Below are positions 9,632-18,911 of a DNA stretch of 38,739 nt, piece by piece. Where the stretch lies: positions 1 through 38,739 of the forward strand of contig VBGG01000126.1 of the NCBI GenBank assembly GCA_005883405.1, read 5' to 3'. The notes beneath the pieces are model-generated. The model had not been told where the DNA came from, did not search any database, and saw only the letters and a program-made list of their open reading frames with translations. The stretch comes from Chloroflexota bacterium (GTDB lineage Bacteria > Chloroflexota > UBA6077 > CF-72). The translations under genes were made by a program, and so were the position numbers. Numbering within the stretch: the stretch's first letter is position 1; each line of letters opens with the position of its first letter.

Positions 9632-11102
9632 TCACTTTTGGCTTCTCGGCTCGAAGCTGCCTTCCTCGTGGTACACGACCGGTTGATCCGACTCGAACGC
9701 GCGAACGGTGGGCGCCTCACCAGGCAAGCCGAGCGAGGCCCAGCGCCCAGCCACCCGCTCGTACATCTCACGCCGCAAGGCGGTGCGCTTTGAGAAGACC
9801 GGCAGGTAACGGTGCTCCTTGCACGCATTGATCAATGCCTTGGAGCTATACGGCCGCTCCTCGGGCGGATTCTGGGTCGGATCGAGCCAGGTACTCCAGG
9901 TATTGCGCAGGATGTCGATGTCCTCGATCGGATTGCAGCGCGATGCCATCGCCCAGACCACCTGATCCATGTCCGTCGGATCGACGTCCTCGTCGACGGC
10001 GATGATCCACTTCGTGTAGTAGGCCCCGCCGGGGACCTGGGCAGCCAGCGCTAGCGCCTGCGCGGCGTGGCCGGCGTAGCGTTGCTCGAGGCTGAGCACC
10101 GTCATGCCGAACCCGCCTGCCGCGGCCGGGTGCGAGTACACACCCTGTATCCCTGGCAGTCCCAGTCGGTCCAGGTCCGACCAGATCCGCGCCGAACGCG
10201 CCACCGCGAAAAAGCCGCTCTGCTCGCACGACGGATAATCGGCCATGAGCGCGTTGGTCAGGATCGGCCGGGAGCGGAAGTGCACCGCCGTGACGTCGAC
10301 CAGCGGCGCGCCCGCTTCCGGTCGCCCGTAGTAACCGGTGAACTCGCCGAAGGGTCCCTCCGGTCTGATCGAGCCAGGCCGGATCTCGCCCTCGATCACC
10401 AGCTCGGCGTTGGCCGGCAGCAGCAGGTCCGTGAGCTGGCCGCGCACGACGGGAATCGGTTCACCCTTGATGCCACCCGCGAACTCATACTCGGAAAGGT
10501 TCTTGGGAAACGTCTGCGAGCCAACAACCATGAACAGCGGATCGATTCCCCAGGCGGCGCCGACCTGGATCGATTCGCCTCGCTGCCAGGCGCGCGTGAT
10601 GTGCAGCCGCGCGTCCTTGCCCGGTGACAGATACAGCCCGCATTGGCGCGGCCCGTGGATCATCATGCGATACGTGCCGACGTTCAAGTAGCCGGTGTCA
10701 GGATCGCGCGTGATCACCGCGTCGGCCGTGCCCGCATAGCGACCGCCGTCCAGTGGCCAGTGTTTGGGGAACGGCAGGCTCGTCAGATCAATCGCATCGC
10801 CGCGCAGCGTGTGCTCGTACACAGACGCATCGCGTCTCGAGACTTCTTCGGGCGGGATGCGAACCTGCATCTTGTCCTTGACGCGCCTGATGAGCTCCAA
10901 GGTGGGCGTGTCGGGCGGCTCTTCGAGCGTCAGCGCGGTGCGGCGCATACTGGGGCCGAGGATGTTCCACAGCAGGCGAGCGCCGATGGAGCTCATAGGT
11001 CACCGCACCCATCTCTTCGATCGGGTCCACAGCCTGGTCGATACGCACCAGCTCGCCGAGCTGCTCGACGCAGCTCAGCCACTGACGCAGATCCTGGATC
11101 AT
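9632..11102 (-). pseudogene. UbiD-family (de)carboxylase disrupted by an apparent deletion and frameshift near 10997
   Basis: The N-terminus MIQDLRQWL..GELVRI..VDPIEEMGAVTY is in one frame. The remainder (DGGRY, NVGTYR, EGPFGEFTGYY, IAVDEDVDP) is in another, and the ALLFE segment is missing. Confidence 0.8.
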
Positions 11103-11103
11103 C

Positions 11104-11586
11104 TCACGCTGCCGCCGCGAGCAAAGCTTGGACGGTGCGCCGCCAGCGCGGCACGACCTGTTCCGGCTGCTTCAGGCTGAAGGTGACGCCCGAGGTGAGC
11201 GTGGCGTAGTCAGTGGAGTCCTCCTGGACGTCTTCGACTTCGAGCGTAAAGTAGGCCAGCCGTCCCTCGGGCCCGAGGTCGAGATCGGCCCCGCGTCGCG
11301 CCATGGTTCGCACGTAATAGCCGTTTCCGTTGGCGATCAGCACGAGCGTCGCGCGACCGTCTCGCGTCAAGTTCTTGGTCGTACCGCTGTGCAACCACAG
11401 GCCTGCGCGGACCGCGCGTGGCTCGGTCGCCACCAGCTCACCGACGCTCAGCATGGCGACCTGTGGCCAGCCGTTCTCATCTGTCGTCAAGAGCAGGAAC
11501 GTCAGCCCTACTCGCTGTGCCAGGTCAGAGCCGTCCAGCAGCTTTTGCAACGCTTCGGGGAGCTGATTACCTAGCGATCGGGTCAT
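11104..11586 (-). CDS. Pyridoxamine 5'-phosphate oxidase-like (split-barrel flavin-binding) protein
   Basis: LLTTDENGWPQVAMLS and SGTTKNLTRDGRATL motifs; ATG at 11586; ends just before the UbiD start. Confidence 0.8.
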   Translation of the reverse strand: MTRSLGNQLPEALQKLLDGSDLAQRVGLTFLLLTTDENGWPQVAMLSVGELVATEPRAVRAGLWLHSGTTKNLTRDGRATLVLIANGNGYYVRTMARRGADLDLGPEGRLAYFTLEVEDVQEDSTDYATLTSGVTFSLKQPEQVVPRWRRTVQALLAAAA

Positions 11587-11617
11587 GGCGGAATCCGGCG
11601 CATTGTAGCCTTGAGCC

Positions 11618-13141
11618 GTGCTCGAGCTGACCCGCCGCGCACCAGGCAGGGTGTTCAACATGGCCGTGCCGCTGGTGGATCGGCACGTCGAGGAGGGACG
11701 CGGCAGCCGACCGGCACTGCGAACGGACGCATCGACGATCAGCTATGCGGACCTGCAGGCGCTGATCAACCGTGCGGGCAACGCGCTGCGAACGGCCGGT
11801 GTCGCGCCAGAGATGTTCATCGGTGCGATGAAGATGGGCGCTGTTCCGGTGCCGATCAATACCGCTGCGCGGCAAGCGGAGCTTCGCTTCATGCTCGACG
11901 ACAGCCGAGCGCGGGCGCTGGTCGTGCACGCCGGCCTGATGGATGCCGTCGCGGGCAGCGTCCCGACTGTGCTGGTAGTTGGCGGCGAAGACGCCAGCTT
12001 TGCCGCCGCGCTCCAATCCGCATCACCCGTGCTCGACGCCTTCCCCACGGGCGTGGATGAGCCGTGCTACTGGCTGTATTCGTCGGGCACGACCGGCAGC
12101 CCGAAGGGTGTCGTGCACCTGCACGGAGACATGCTGGCGTGCGTAACGCCCTACGCGGAGCAGGTCGTGAGCATCGAGCCGAAGGACAGCACCTTCTCGG
12201 TCGCGCGACTGTTCTTCAGCTACGGTCTGGTCAATTCGCTGTTCCTACCGCTGCTGGCTGGCGCGTCGTCCGTGCTGACGCAGGAACTGCCTGATGTTGC
12301 CCACACGCTGGAGGTGGTGCGGCGGTTTCGACCGTCGCTGTTCTTCTCCGTGCCGACGTCCTACGCGCAGTTGTGCGCGGCCATGGCCGAGATGTCGTCC
12401 GAGCGGCCGTTCGCCAGCGTGCGCCTGGCCATCTCGGCGGGCGAGCCGCTGCCCGCGCCGCTGTACGCGCGTTGGAGAGCGCTGACGGGGGTAGAGGTGC
12501 TTGACGGGCTGGGCAGCACCGAGGCGGGCTACATCTTCTGCTCCAACCTGCCGGGGCAGGTACGGCCCGGGTCGAGTGGCGTGCTGATCGGCGAACACGC
12601 GGCGCGGATCGTCGACGAAGCTGGCCAGGACGCGCGGGACGGCGAATCCGGCGAGTTGTGGGTCAGGGCCGCGTCGACCGCGCTCTTCTACTGGAATCAG
12701 CGCGAGCGCAGCAAACAGACGTTTTGCGGCGAGTGGCTGCGCACCGGCGATCGCTACGTGCGCGATCGGGACGGGTACTTCTGGTACCAGGGCCGCAACG
12801 ACGACGTCTTCAAGGTCAGCGGCCAGTGGGTCTCACCCCTGGAGATCGAGACGTGTTTGCTCAGCCACCCCGAAGTGCTCGAATGCGCGGTGGTCGGCGC
12901 AAGCGACGCGGCGGGGTTGATGAAGCCCAGGGCCTTCGTGATCCGGCGGCCGGGCGCATCCGTCGAAGCCGTAGAGCTGCAGGCGCTGGTCAAAGCGCAC
13001 CTGCAGCCGCACAAGTATCCACGCTGGGTCGAGTTCGTCGACCAGCTGCCGAAGACAGCCAGCGGCAAAGTCCAGCGCTTCCGCCTGCGCGCGCTCGAGG
13101 CCGCTCCCCCTGGCGGCGCCTCGTTGCCGGAGCGACGCTAG
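11618..13141 (+). CDS. Benzoate-CoA ligase family protein (possible short in-frame deletion near 11815)
   Basis: FNMA..LVDRHV, WLYSSGTTGSPKG, SAGEPLP, DGLGSTE, RTGD and LPKTASGKVQRF motifs. Confidence 0.87.
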   Translation: MLELTRRAPGRVFNMAVPLVDRHVEEGRGSRPALRTDASTISYADLQALINRAGNALRTAGVAPEMFIGAMKMGAVPVPINTAARQAELRFMLDDSRARALVVHAGLMDAVAGSVPTVLVVGGEDASFAAALQSASPVLDAFPTGVDEPCYWLYSSGTTGSPKGVVHLHGDMLACVTPYAEQVVSIEPKDSTFSVARLFFSYGLVNSLFLPLLAGASSVLTQELPDVAHTLEVVRRFRPSLFFSVPTSYAQLCAAMAEMSSERPFASVRLAISAGEPLPAPLYARWRALTGVEVLDGLGSTEAGYIFCSNLPGQVRPGSSGVLIGEHAARIVDEAGQDARDGESGELWVRAASTALFYWNQRERSKQTFCGEWLRTGDRYVRDRDGYFWYQGRNDDVFKVSGQWVSPLEIETCLLSHPEVLECAVVGASDAAGLMKPRAFVIRRPGASVEAVELQALVKAHLQPHKYPRWVEFVDQLPKTASGKVQRFRLRALEAAPPGGASLPERR

Positions 13142-13341
13142 CGGCGTGCTTCGGCGCGAACTCGGGGTCGCTTGGTGCGGCGTCTGGCGGCAGCCTTCGC
13201 CTTCTCGCGGCGCAGCTCGCCTGCGCTCTTGAAGCGCTGCTTGCGCTTGTACTCGCGCAAGATGCCCGCTTTATCGATCCCAGTCTTGAATCGCCGTAGC
13301 AGTTGATCAAACGGCTCGCCTTCGCGAGCTTCGACGTGCAT
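13138..13341 (-). CDS. rpsU: 30S ribosomal protein S21
   Basis: MHVEAREGEPFDQLLRRFK..GILREYKRKQRFKSAGELRREK, 67 aa. Confidence 0.92.
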   Translation of the reverse strand: MHVEAREGEPFDQLLRRFKTGIDKAGILREYKRKQRFKSAGELRREKAKAAARRRTKRPRVRAEARR

Positions 13342-13388
13342 TGCGCTTAAACGCCCCTCTCGGTGCAGTGCTCTCTCAATGATGTCAG

Positions 13389-13424
13389 AAAATGGAAACA
13401 GGGGGTACGTGCGTACCCCCTGTT
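13389..13424 (-). terminator. Terminator-like hairpin between the zinc-ribbon gene and rpsU
   Basis: AACAGGGGGTACG/CGTACCCCCTGTT perfect inverted repeat followed by TCCATTTT on the minus strand. Confidence 0.65.
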
Positions 13425-13432
13425 GGCCCTTC

Positions 13433-13795
13433 CTAGTAGCGGCCGCGGCCGGCAACCCGGCGCGCGCCAGCGTTGACGCCGCGCCGCTGCTCGAAGCACG
13501 TCGAGCAGTACACCGGCTTATCGGCGCTCGGCTGGAACGGCACGCTGGCGATCCCGCCGCAGCCCGAGCAAACCGCCTCGAACATCTGGCGTGGGCCGCG
13601 CGGCGCGCTGCTCTCGCTGAAACCAGCGCCAGTGGAGTACGAGCCGCGCTCGCGCTCGGCGCGGCGTGCAGCGCGGCAGTCCGGGCAGCGGGTTGGCTCG
13701 CTGAAACCCCGGCTCGCATAGAAGTCCTGCTCGCCAGCAGTAAAAGAAAAACCCTGGCCGCAATCGCGGCAGGTCAAAGTAACGTCACCCGACAT
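13433..13795 (-). CDS. Double zinc-ribbon protein (zf-trcl-like plus CxxC-x17-CxxC)
   Basis: LTCRDCG..FTAGEQDFY..EPTRCPDCR and AVCSGCG..VPFQP..PVYCSTCF. Confidence 0.9.
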   Translation of the reverse strand: MSGDVTLTCRDCGQGFSFTAGEQDFYASRGFSEPTRCPDCRAARRAERERGSYSTGAGFSESSAPRGPRQMFEAVCSGCGGIASVPFQPSADKPVYCSTCFEQRRGVNAGARRVAGRGRY

Positions 13796-14006
13796 CTTGT
13801 CGACGGCTCCCTTGGAACGAATCAGCCTGAATAAATTCGAACGATCAGCCCGGCTGGCAAGGGCGGATCACCGGTCAAGATGGGTTCCGTCGACACGAGA
13901 AGAGATTACGGACGAGGAACGGCGCCAGCCGAAGCAGTTTAGCGGCTTGGCTCCCCGTGCGCCAGACTTCCCTACAAATGCCCCCACGCGGACGGGAACG
14001 AGCCGT

Positions 14007-14038
14007 GAAAGAAGGGCCGTCTCGCGGGGAGACGGCCC
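14007..14038 (-). terminator. Rho-independent terminator
   Basis: GGGCCGTCTC/GAGACGGCCC 10-bp stem followed by TTCTTTC on the minus strand. Confidence 0.7.
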
Positions 14039-14229
14039 AAAATTTCAAGGTTTCATTTCGTTCCGGTCGTTCGATAGCTCATGCGTGCGACACAAACCTT
14101 ACGACGTTCGACTTTCCCAGTTCTCAGATCGGCCCCGGTATCGCCACTCAGGCGATGCTCGATGGGCCCACTTTGGACGCGCGGCGTGTCGCTCTGGCCC
14201 CTTTCCGGCGGCCTTCGCCAACGGGGCCG

Positions 14230-14283
14230 CTATCTGTCAACCTGCCAGCAGCAGTTGAGCCGGTGCGTGGCGCGGAGATTCAT
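14230..14283 (-). CDS. Putative 17-aa small or leader peptide MNLRATHRLNCCWQVDR
   Basis: AGGGAGG SD 6 nt before the ATG; extended -10 TGCTATGGT upstream; GC-rich structure directly after the stop. Confidence 0.45.
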   Translation of the reverse strand: MNLRATHRLNCCWQVDR

Positions 14284-14319
14284 TTAAGTCCTCCCTGTGG
14301 AGCACTTGGCTCACCACTG

Positions 14320-14328
14320 ACCATAGCA
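14320..14328 (-). promoter_or_regulatory. Extended -10 promoter element
   Basis: TG-C-TATGGT on the minus strand, about 36 nt upstream of the mini-ORF. Confidence 0.5.
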
Positions 14329-14429
14329 TCGGTTGCATTGCGCCGGGGTTACAGTACGGTAAACACGGTTGCAGTTCCGCGACGATTGGTACAAGCCTGG
14401 GACCGTGCGCGGCACGCTGGTTGCGAGCC

Positions 14430-14475
14430 GCCTAGGGCCGCGGCCGAAAACGCGCCTCGGATACAGGCCCTAGGC
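14430..14475. repeat. Degenerate B unit of the CTAG-delimited repeat family
   Basis: GCCTAGGGCCGCGGCCGAAAA...GGCCCTAGGC resembles GCCTAGGAACGCGGCCGAAAA at 38250. Confidence 0.55.
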
Positions 14476-14501
14476 GCAGTCTAGACGAGGAGAACACCGC
14501 A

Positions 14502-14852
14502 ATGGCTACGACGACCAGCAGCACGACGACGACCGACGGCTACACCGCCTCCGAGTGGACCCAGCAGACCATGCTGTCGGACCTGATGCAGCAGAAGGGC
14601 CTGCTGATCGGGCTCGGCGTGCTGATCGCGGCGATCCTGCTGTTCTCGCGGCGATCCGCGCCCGAGGAGAAGGCGGCTCGACGGCTCGTGCGTGATTGGC
14701 GCGAGGTGGACGATCTCGACGACGCCCGCGACCTGCTCGGCGAGAACGTGCCCACGATCGTCCGCCCCGTCCTGCTGATCGCCCTCGACGAGCTCGAGCG
14801 CCAGGTTCACCACGCCTTCCGCGCGCTCGAAAAAGAGATTCAGCGCCTCTGA
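14502..14852 (+). CDS. Hypothetical single-pass membrane protein
   Basis: GAGGAG RBS, ATG start and one TM helix. Confidence 0.75.
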   Translation: MATTTSSTTTTDGYTASEWTQQTMLSDLMQQKGLLIGLGVLIAAILLFSRRSAPEEKAARRLVRDWREVDDLDDARDLLGENVPTIVRPVLLIALDELERQVHHAFRALEKEIQRL

Positions 14853-14897
14853 ACTCCCTCTCCCTCTGGGAGAGGTTTAATCCAGGGGTGAGGGTGC
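14853..14897 (+). repeat. REP-like palindrome
   Basis: ACTCCCTCTCCCTCTGGGAGAGG..GGGGTGAGGGTGC, lying between convergent genes. Confidence 0.8.
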
Positions 14898-14912
14898 GCT
14901 CGCGGCAGTTAC

Positions 14913-15617
14913 CTACTGCGCGGCGAGCGAGTAGCCCGCGCGCGAGTGGGTCAGCACGTAGCGCGGCTGGCTGGCGATGTCCTCGATCTTGCGACGCAGC
15001 CGCGCCACGTTGACGCGCAGCAGGTGGACTTCGTCGCGATAGGCCGGGCCCCAGACTTTCTGGAGGATGGCTCGGCTGGGCTGCACCTCGCCAGGCGCGC
15101 GGGCCAGACAGGCCAGGATGCCGAACTCGGTCGGCGTGAGATCCACCGGCCGCCCCGCCTTGTACGTCAGGTGCTGGTCGAAGTCGATGCGCAGGTCGCC
15201 CGTGACGAAGACATCGGGCCCGTTGGCGCCAGCGTAGACGTTCGAGCGCCGCAGCAGGGCATTCACACGCGCCAGCAGCTCGCGAGTGGCGAACGGCTTG
15301 GTCTGGTAGTCGTCGGCGCCAGCTTCCAGCCCGGCCACCTTGTCCTCTTCGCTGCCGAACCCGGTGAGTATCAGGATCGGCGAGATCACGCCGTCGGCCC
15401 GAAGCTGGCGACAGACTTCGATGCCACTCATCCCTGGCATGCCGACATCCAGCAGGTAGAGGTCAGGGTTGACCTGGCGCGCCGTTTCCAGGGCGCTCAA
15501 CCCATCCGCCGCGGCGACCACGCTGAAGTTGCCCTGCTCGAGCGCCCAGCTGAGCAGATTCCGCAGTCGCTGGTCGTCGTCCGCCACCAACACCGTGCGC
15601 CGCTCGTCGTCAGGCAT
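14913..15617 (-). CDS. OmpR/PhoB-family response regulator
   Basis: Receiver domain plus winged helix (LTPTEF, VWG, NVARLRRKIE, GYSL). Confidence 0.92.
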   Translation of the reverse strand: MPDDERRTVLVADDDQRLRNLLSWALEQGNFSVVAAADGLSALETARQVNPDLYLLDVGMPGMSGIEVCRQLRADGVISPILILTGFGSEEDKVAGLEAGADDYQTKPFATRELLARVNALLRRSNVYAGANGPDVFVTGDLRIDFDQHLTYKAGRPVDLTPTEFGILACLARAPGEVQPSRAILQKVWGPAYRDEVHLLRVNVARLRRKIEDIASQPRYVLTHSRAGYSLAAQ

Positions 15618-15619
15618 CG

Positions 15620-16675
15620 TCAGGCCACGGACTCGTGGAGATCGAGCGTGGTGCCCGTCAGGCTCGGCCGCGGGGTTTCGCGGATGCGCGTCACCCGCCG
15701 TAGCTGGTCCACCGTCTCGGCCAGATCTTTGGCGCCGTTCACGATCTCGTTGACCACCTCGGTCATACTTGCAGGCAGGTCGGGATACTCGGCCAGCATC
15801 TCGGCATAGCCGAGCACCACCCCGAGCCGATTGTTGAGCTCGTGCTGCGCCGTGCGCGCGGCAAGCAGCACACCCTCGAGCCGCGCCCGCTGCAAGGCGG
15901 CCAGCGCCGCGGCGCAGAGCGTTGCCATGGTCTCCAGGTTCTCGGCCTCCTCTCGGCCGAACGATCGCCGCGGATCCCGCGTCCCGAGCGCGACGGTTCC
16001 CAGCAGCTGGCCCTCATGCAGCAGCGCGACGGCGATACAGTTGCCCTGTGTGGCGGGTCGTCGCTGCGTTGCGGCGCTGGCGGCTACCTCGCGCATCGCG
16101 CTGAGCAGTCCGCCTGCTTCAGCTTCGCCGACGCCGACCAGCTGCTGCGCGATAACGCTCTCGTTCTGATCGGCAATCTGCGAAACGAAGCCCGCCTCCA
16201 TGTGGTTGAGCTGGATGGCCTCCTCGAGCAGGATGGTGAACAGCGCCGACGGCTCGATCGCCGTCGCCACGTGGCGCGCCAAGCGCAACAGCGCTGCTCG
16301 TCGACGGTGCAGTGCGATGACCCGATCCGCCGTCACCATGCGCGCGCCGAGGTCCTCCATGTCGAATGGCTTGGCCAGGTAGTCGTCCGCCCCCGACTTG
16401 CGCCCCGTGAGATGGTGCTGTTGGTCGGCGAGTGCCGTCAGCAGGATGAAGTAGGCATACGGCGCGTCGGAGTCGCGCACCATGCGGCACAGCTCCGGCC
16501 CCTCCACGCGCGGCATCAGCCAATCGCTGATGATCACGTCCGCTCCGTGCTCGGCGAACAGCCGCCAGGCCTCCTCGCCGTCGCGCGCGAGCGTCACGTG
16601 GTGACCCTGGCGGTGGATGAGGTCGTGGAGGAGATCGCGTATGCCCGCGTCGTCCTCGGCGATGAGTACGCGCAT
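15620..16675 (-). CDS. Receiver-GAF-DHp (HisKA-like) protein lacking an ATPase domain
   Basis: Receiver (IAEDD, SDWLMP, KPFD), GAF-like middle region, C-terminal AQHELNNRL helix pair, and no N or G boxes. Confidence 0.82.
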   Translation of the reverse strand: MRVLIAEDDAGIRDLLHDLIHRQGHHVTLARDGEEAWRLFAEHGADVIISDWLMPRVEGPELCRMVRDSDAPYAYFILLTALADQQHHLTGRKSGADDYLAKPFDMEDLGARMVTADRVIALHRRRAALLRLARHVATAIEPSALFTILLEEAIQLNHMEAGFVSQIADQNESVIAQQLVGVGEAEAGGLLSAMREVAASAATQRRPATQGNCIAVALLHEGQLLGTVALGTRDPRRSFGREEAENLETMATLCAAALAALQRARLEGVLLAARTAQHELNNRLGVVLGYAEMLAEYPDLPASMTEVVNEIVNGAKDLAETVDQLRRVTRIRETPRPSLTGTTLDLHESVA

Positions 16676-16687
16676 TCGAATAGAAGC

Positions 16688-18301
16688 CTACCCGCTGCCC
16701 GATACACCGGCCACGTCATCGGCGATCTGCCGCAGATCGGCGATGCGATACGGCTTGGGGATCACCTGGTCGACGCCGCGCTGTCGAGCTTCGGCCGGGT
16801 CGATGGCGGCTCCCCAGCCAGTCACCAGAACGAAGCGTGTCGCGGGCCAGCGCTCGCGCACCGCCTCCGCCAGGTCCCAGCCGTTCTGGCCTGGCCCCAG
16901 GCCGAGGTCGGAGATGACCAGAGCAAAGGGCTCCTCCCTGAGATAGACCAGCGCCTCCTCGACAGATGCCGCCACTGACACATGGTGTCCGCGTTGTCGA
17001 AGAACCAGACCGGCCATCCGCGCGAGCTGCTGCTCGTCTTCGACCACCAGGATGCGGATGCGCTGCCCGGGCGCCGCGGCTGGACCTCGCGGCAGTGTCT
17101 CCGGTCGGCGGCGGCGATCGCTGGCGCGTGGGAACTTCAAGCGGAAGGTGGTACCCCGACCCGGCCGGGAATCAAGCTCGATCGTGCCGCCGTGACGCTC
17201 GACGACGGTGAGCACCTGCGGCAGGCCGAGGCCCGTGCCACGCTCACCCTTGGTAGTGAAGAACGGGTCGAAGACCCGCGCCTGAACGTCGGGCGGCATG
17301 CCCATCCCCGAATCGCTGACCTCCACGACCACGTGGTCGTCCTCGCATCGGGCGCTGAGCTTGATGATGCCACCGCGGGGCAGCGCGTCCACCGCGTTGA
17401 ATATCAGGTTGGTGATGGCTTCGCGCAGCGCTGCTGGCGAGCCGTCGATGGCGCAGTTCGGCTGCGCGTCGACCACCAGGTCGATCGGCCGCCCCTCCGC
17501 CTGGGTAGCGTCGCGCCAGCGCGGCGCGGTCAGCCTGGCGACGTCTTGCAGGACCTCGCCAGGATCGACACGCTCCTCTTCGACCAGCAGCTCCTGCGTG
17601 CGAACGAACGACAGCAGCCCGCGCAGCACCTGCCCGCCCTCGATGGCCGCCTGCGCCGTGATACCCACCATCTCGCGCACCCGTGCGACGTCTGGGGTAT
17701 CGCCCGAGAGCTCCTGGCGGGCCATGTCGCTGTAGCCGGTGATGAGCGCGAGGGATTGGTTCAGGTCGTGCGCGATGCCGCTGGCCATTTCGCCCAGGGC
17801 GCGCAGTCGCTCGCTTTGCGCGAGGCGACCATGGACAGCTTCGGCTTCCTTGCGATTGGTGATGTCCATCGCTACGCCGGTGATACCCAACGGCCGGCCA
17901 CGCTCGTCGCGGCGCGCCTGGCCTTTCAGCAGCAGCCAGCGTTCACTTCCCGGCCGCCTGAACCGTACCCGCGCCTCGACGTTGAGCTCGCTATCGTGGT
18001 CGAGGGTGTCTCGAATTGCACGCTCGATCTTGCTTCGGTCCTCGGGGTGTACGCTCCCGAGACTCTCGGCGAGAGAGCCAGTGAGTACGTGGGGCGGCAC
18101 GCCGGCCATCTGGGCCAGCTCGCGCGACCACTCCAGCCGATCGCGTCGGAGGTCGTAATCCCACGTGCCCATATTGCTGGCGTCCAGCGCCATCTGTAAT
18201 CGCAGCTGAATTTGCTGCAGCGTGCGGCTATCGCATGCAGTCCCGTCCACCTCGGGCTCCACGTCAGTGCCTGTGACAGCAGGGAATGTGCCGGCTGGCA
18301 C
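16688..18301 (-). CDS. Cytoplasmic hybrid histidine kinase (PAS-HisKA-HATPase-receiver); start uncertain
   Basis: PAS (GTWDYD, VHPEDR, DIT), AHDLNQ H-box, NLIFNAVDA, PFFTTK, GTGLGL and a C-terminal receiver. Confidence 0.9.
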   Translation of the reverse strand: MPAGTFPAVTGTDVEPEVDGTACDSRTLQQIQLRLQMALDASNMGTWDYDLRRDRLEWSRELAQMAGVPPHVLTGSLAESLGSVHPEDRSKIERAIRDTLDHDSELNVEARVRFRRPGSERWLLLKGQARRDERGRPLGITGVAMDITNRKEAEAVHGRLAQSERLRALGEMASGIAHDLNQSLALITGYSDMARQELSGDTPDVARVREMVGITAQAAIEGGQVLRGLLSFVRTQELLVEEERVDPGEVLQDVARLTAPRWRDATQAEGRPIDLVVDAQPNCAIDGSPAALREAITNLIFNAVDALPRGGIIKLSARCEDDHVVVEVSDSGMGMPPDVQARVFDPFFTTKGERGTGLGLPQVLTVVERHGGTIELDSRPGRGTTFRLKFPRASDRRRRPETLPRGPAAAPGQRIRILVVEDEQQLARMAGLVLRQRGHHVSVAASVEEALVYLREEPFALVISDLGLGPGQNGWDLAEAVRERWPATRFVLVTGWGAAIDPAEARQRGVDQVIPKPYRIADLRQIADDVAGVSGSG

Positions 18302-18347
18302 GCCGTTTGCCGCAAAGGGAGCCCCGATAGGACTGGAGGTAGTTCGG

Positions 18348-18902
18348 GTGAGACCTCGACGTGCACGACGAATGTCGTGGCCGCGATTGTCCGTAGGCGA
18401 TCGTCACGCGGTCAGCCGCAGGCGAGCCGGGTGGATGAGCCTGGCGAGCTCCCTGGCAGGCGCCGCGCTCATGTACTTTCTGGATGTCGAGCGGGGTCGT
18501 CGTCGCCGCAACATGCTCCGCGACCGTGTGATGGCCCGCATGCGACGGCTTGGCCGGGTCATGACCGGCACCTGGCGCGCCGCGGCCGCCGAGACGTCCG
18601 GTGTCTCACATCGCATCGTGCACCTCGTGCCCAAGCAAACCGACGTGCCCGACGATGAGACGCTGTGCCAGCGGGTGGAGAGCCAGCTGTACCGCGATCG
18701 GCACATTCCGAAGGGCCACCTGAACATCAACTGCGAACACGGCATGGTGATCCTGCGGGGCGAGCTCGACAGCCCCATGGACATCACCCAGCTAGAGGAG
18801 CGCGTGCGTCGGATCCATGGCGTTCGCGGCGTCCAGAACCTGCTGCACACCCGCGGCACGCCCGCGCCCAACAAAGCCCGATCGCAGATGGCGACACGCT
18901 AG
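18348..18902 (+). CDS. BON-domain protein
   Basis: GTG start 7 nt after GGAGGT; GAALMYFLD..GRRRR N-region; BON DDETLCQRVES..GMVILRG..GVRGVQNLL. Confidence 0.82.
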   Translation: MRPRRARRMSWPRLSVGDRHAVSRRRAGWMSLASSLAGAALMYFLDVERGRRRRNMLRDRVMARMRRLGRVMTGTWRAAAAETSGVSHRIVHLVPKQTDVPDDETLCQRVESQLYRDRHIPKGHLNINCEHGMVILRGELDSPMDITQLEERVRRIHGVRGVQNLLHTRGTPAPNKARSQMATR

Positions 18903-18911
18903 AGCCGCACG

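Noticed and set aside
10990-11000. Programmed frameshift in the UbiD gene
   Set aside because: There is no slippery sequence, and conserved residues are missing, which indicates a deletion.
13797-14484. Plus-strand ORFs 13797-14258 and 13957-14484
   Set aside because: They have no motifs or RBS; the region is better explained by minus-strand regulatory signals.
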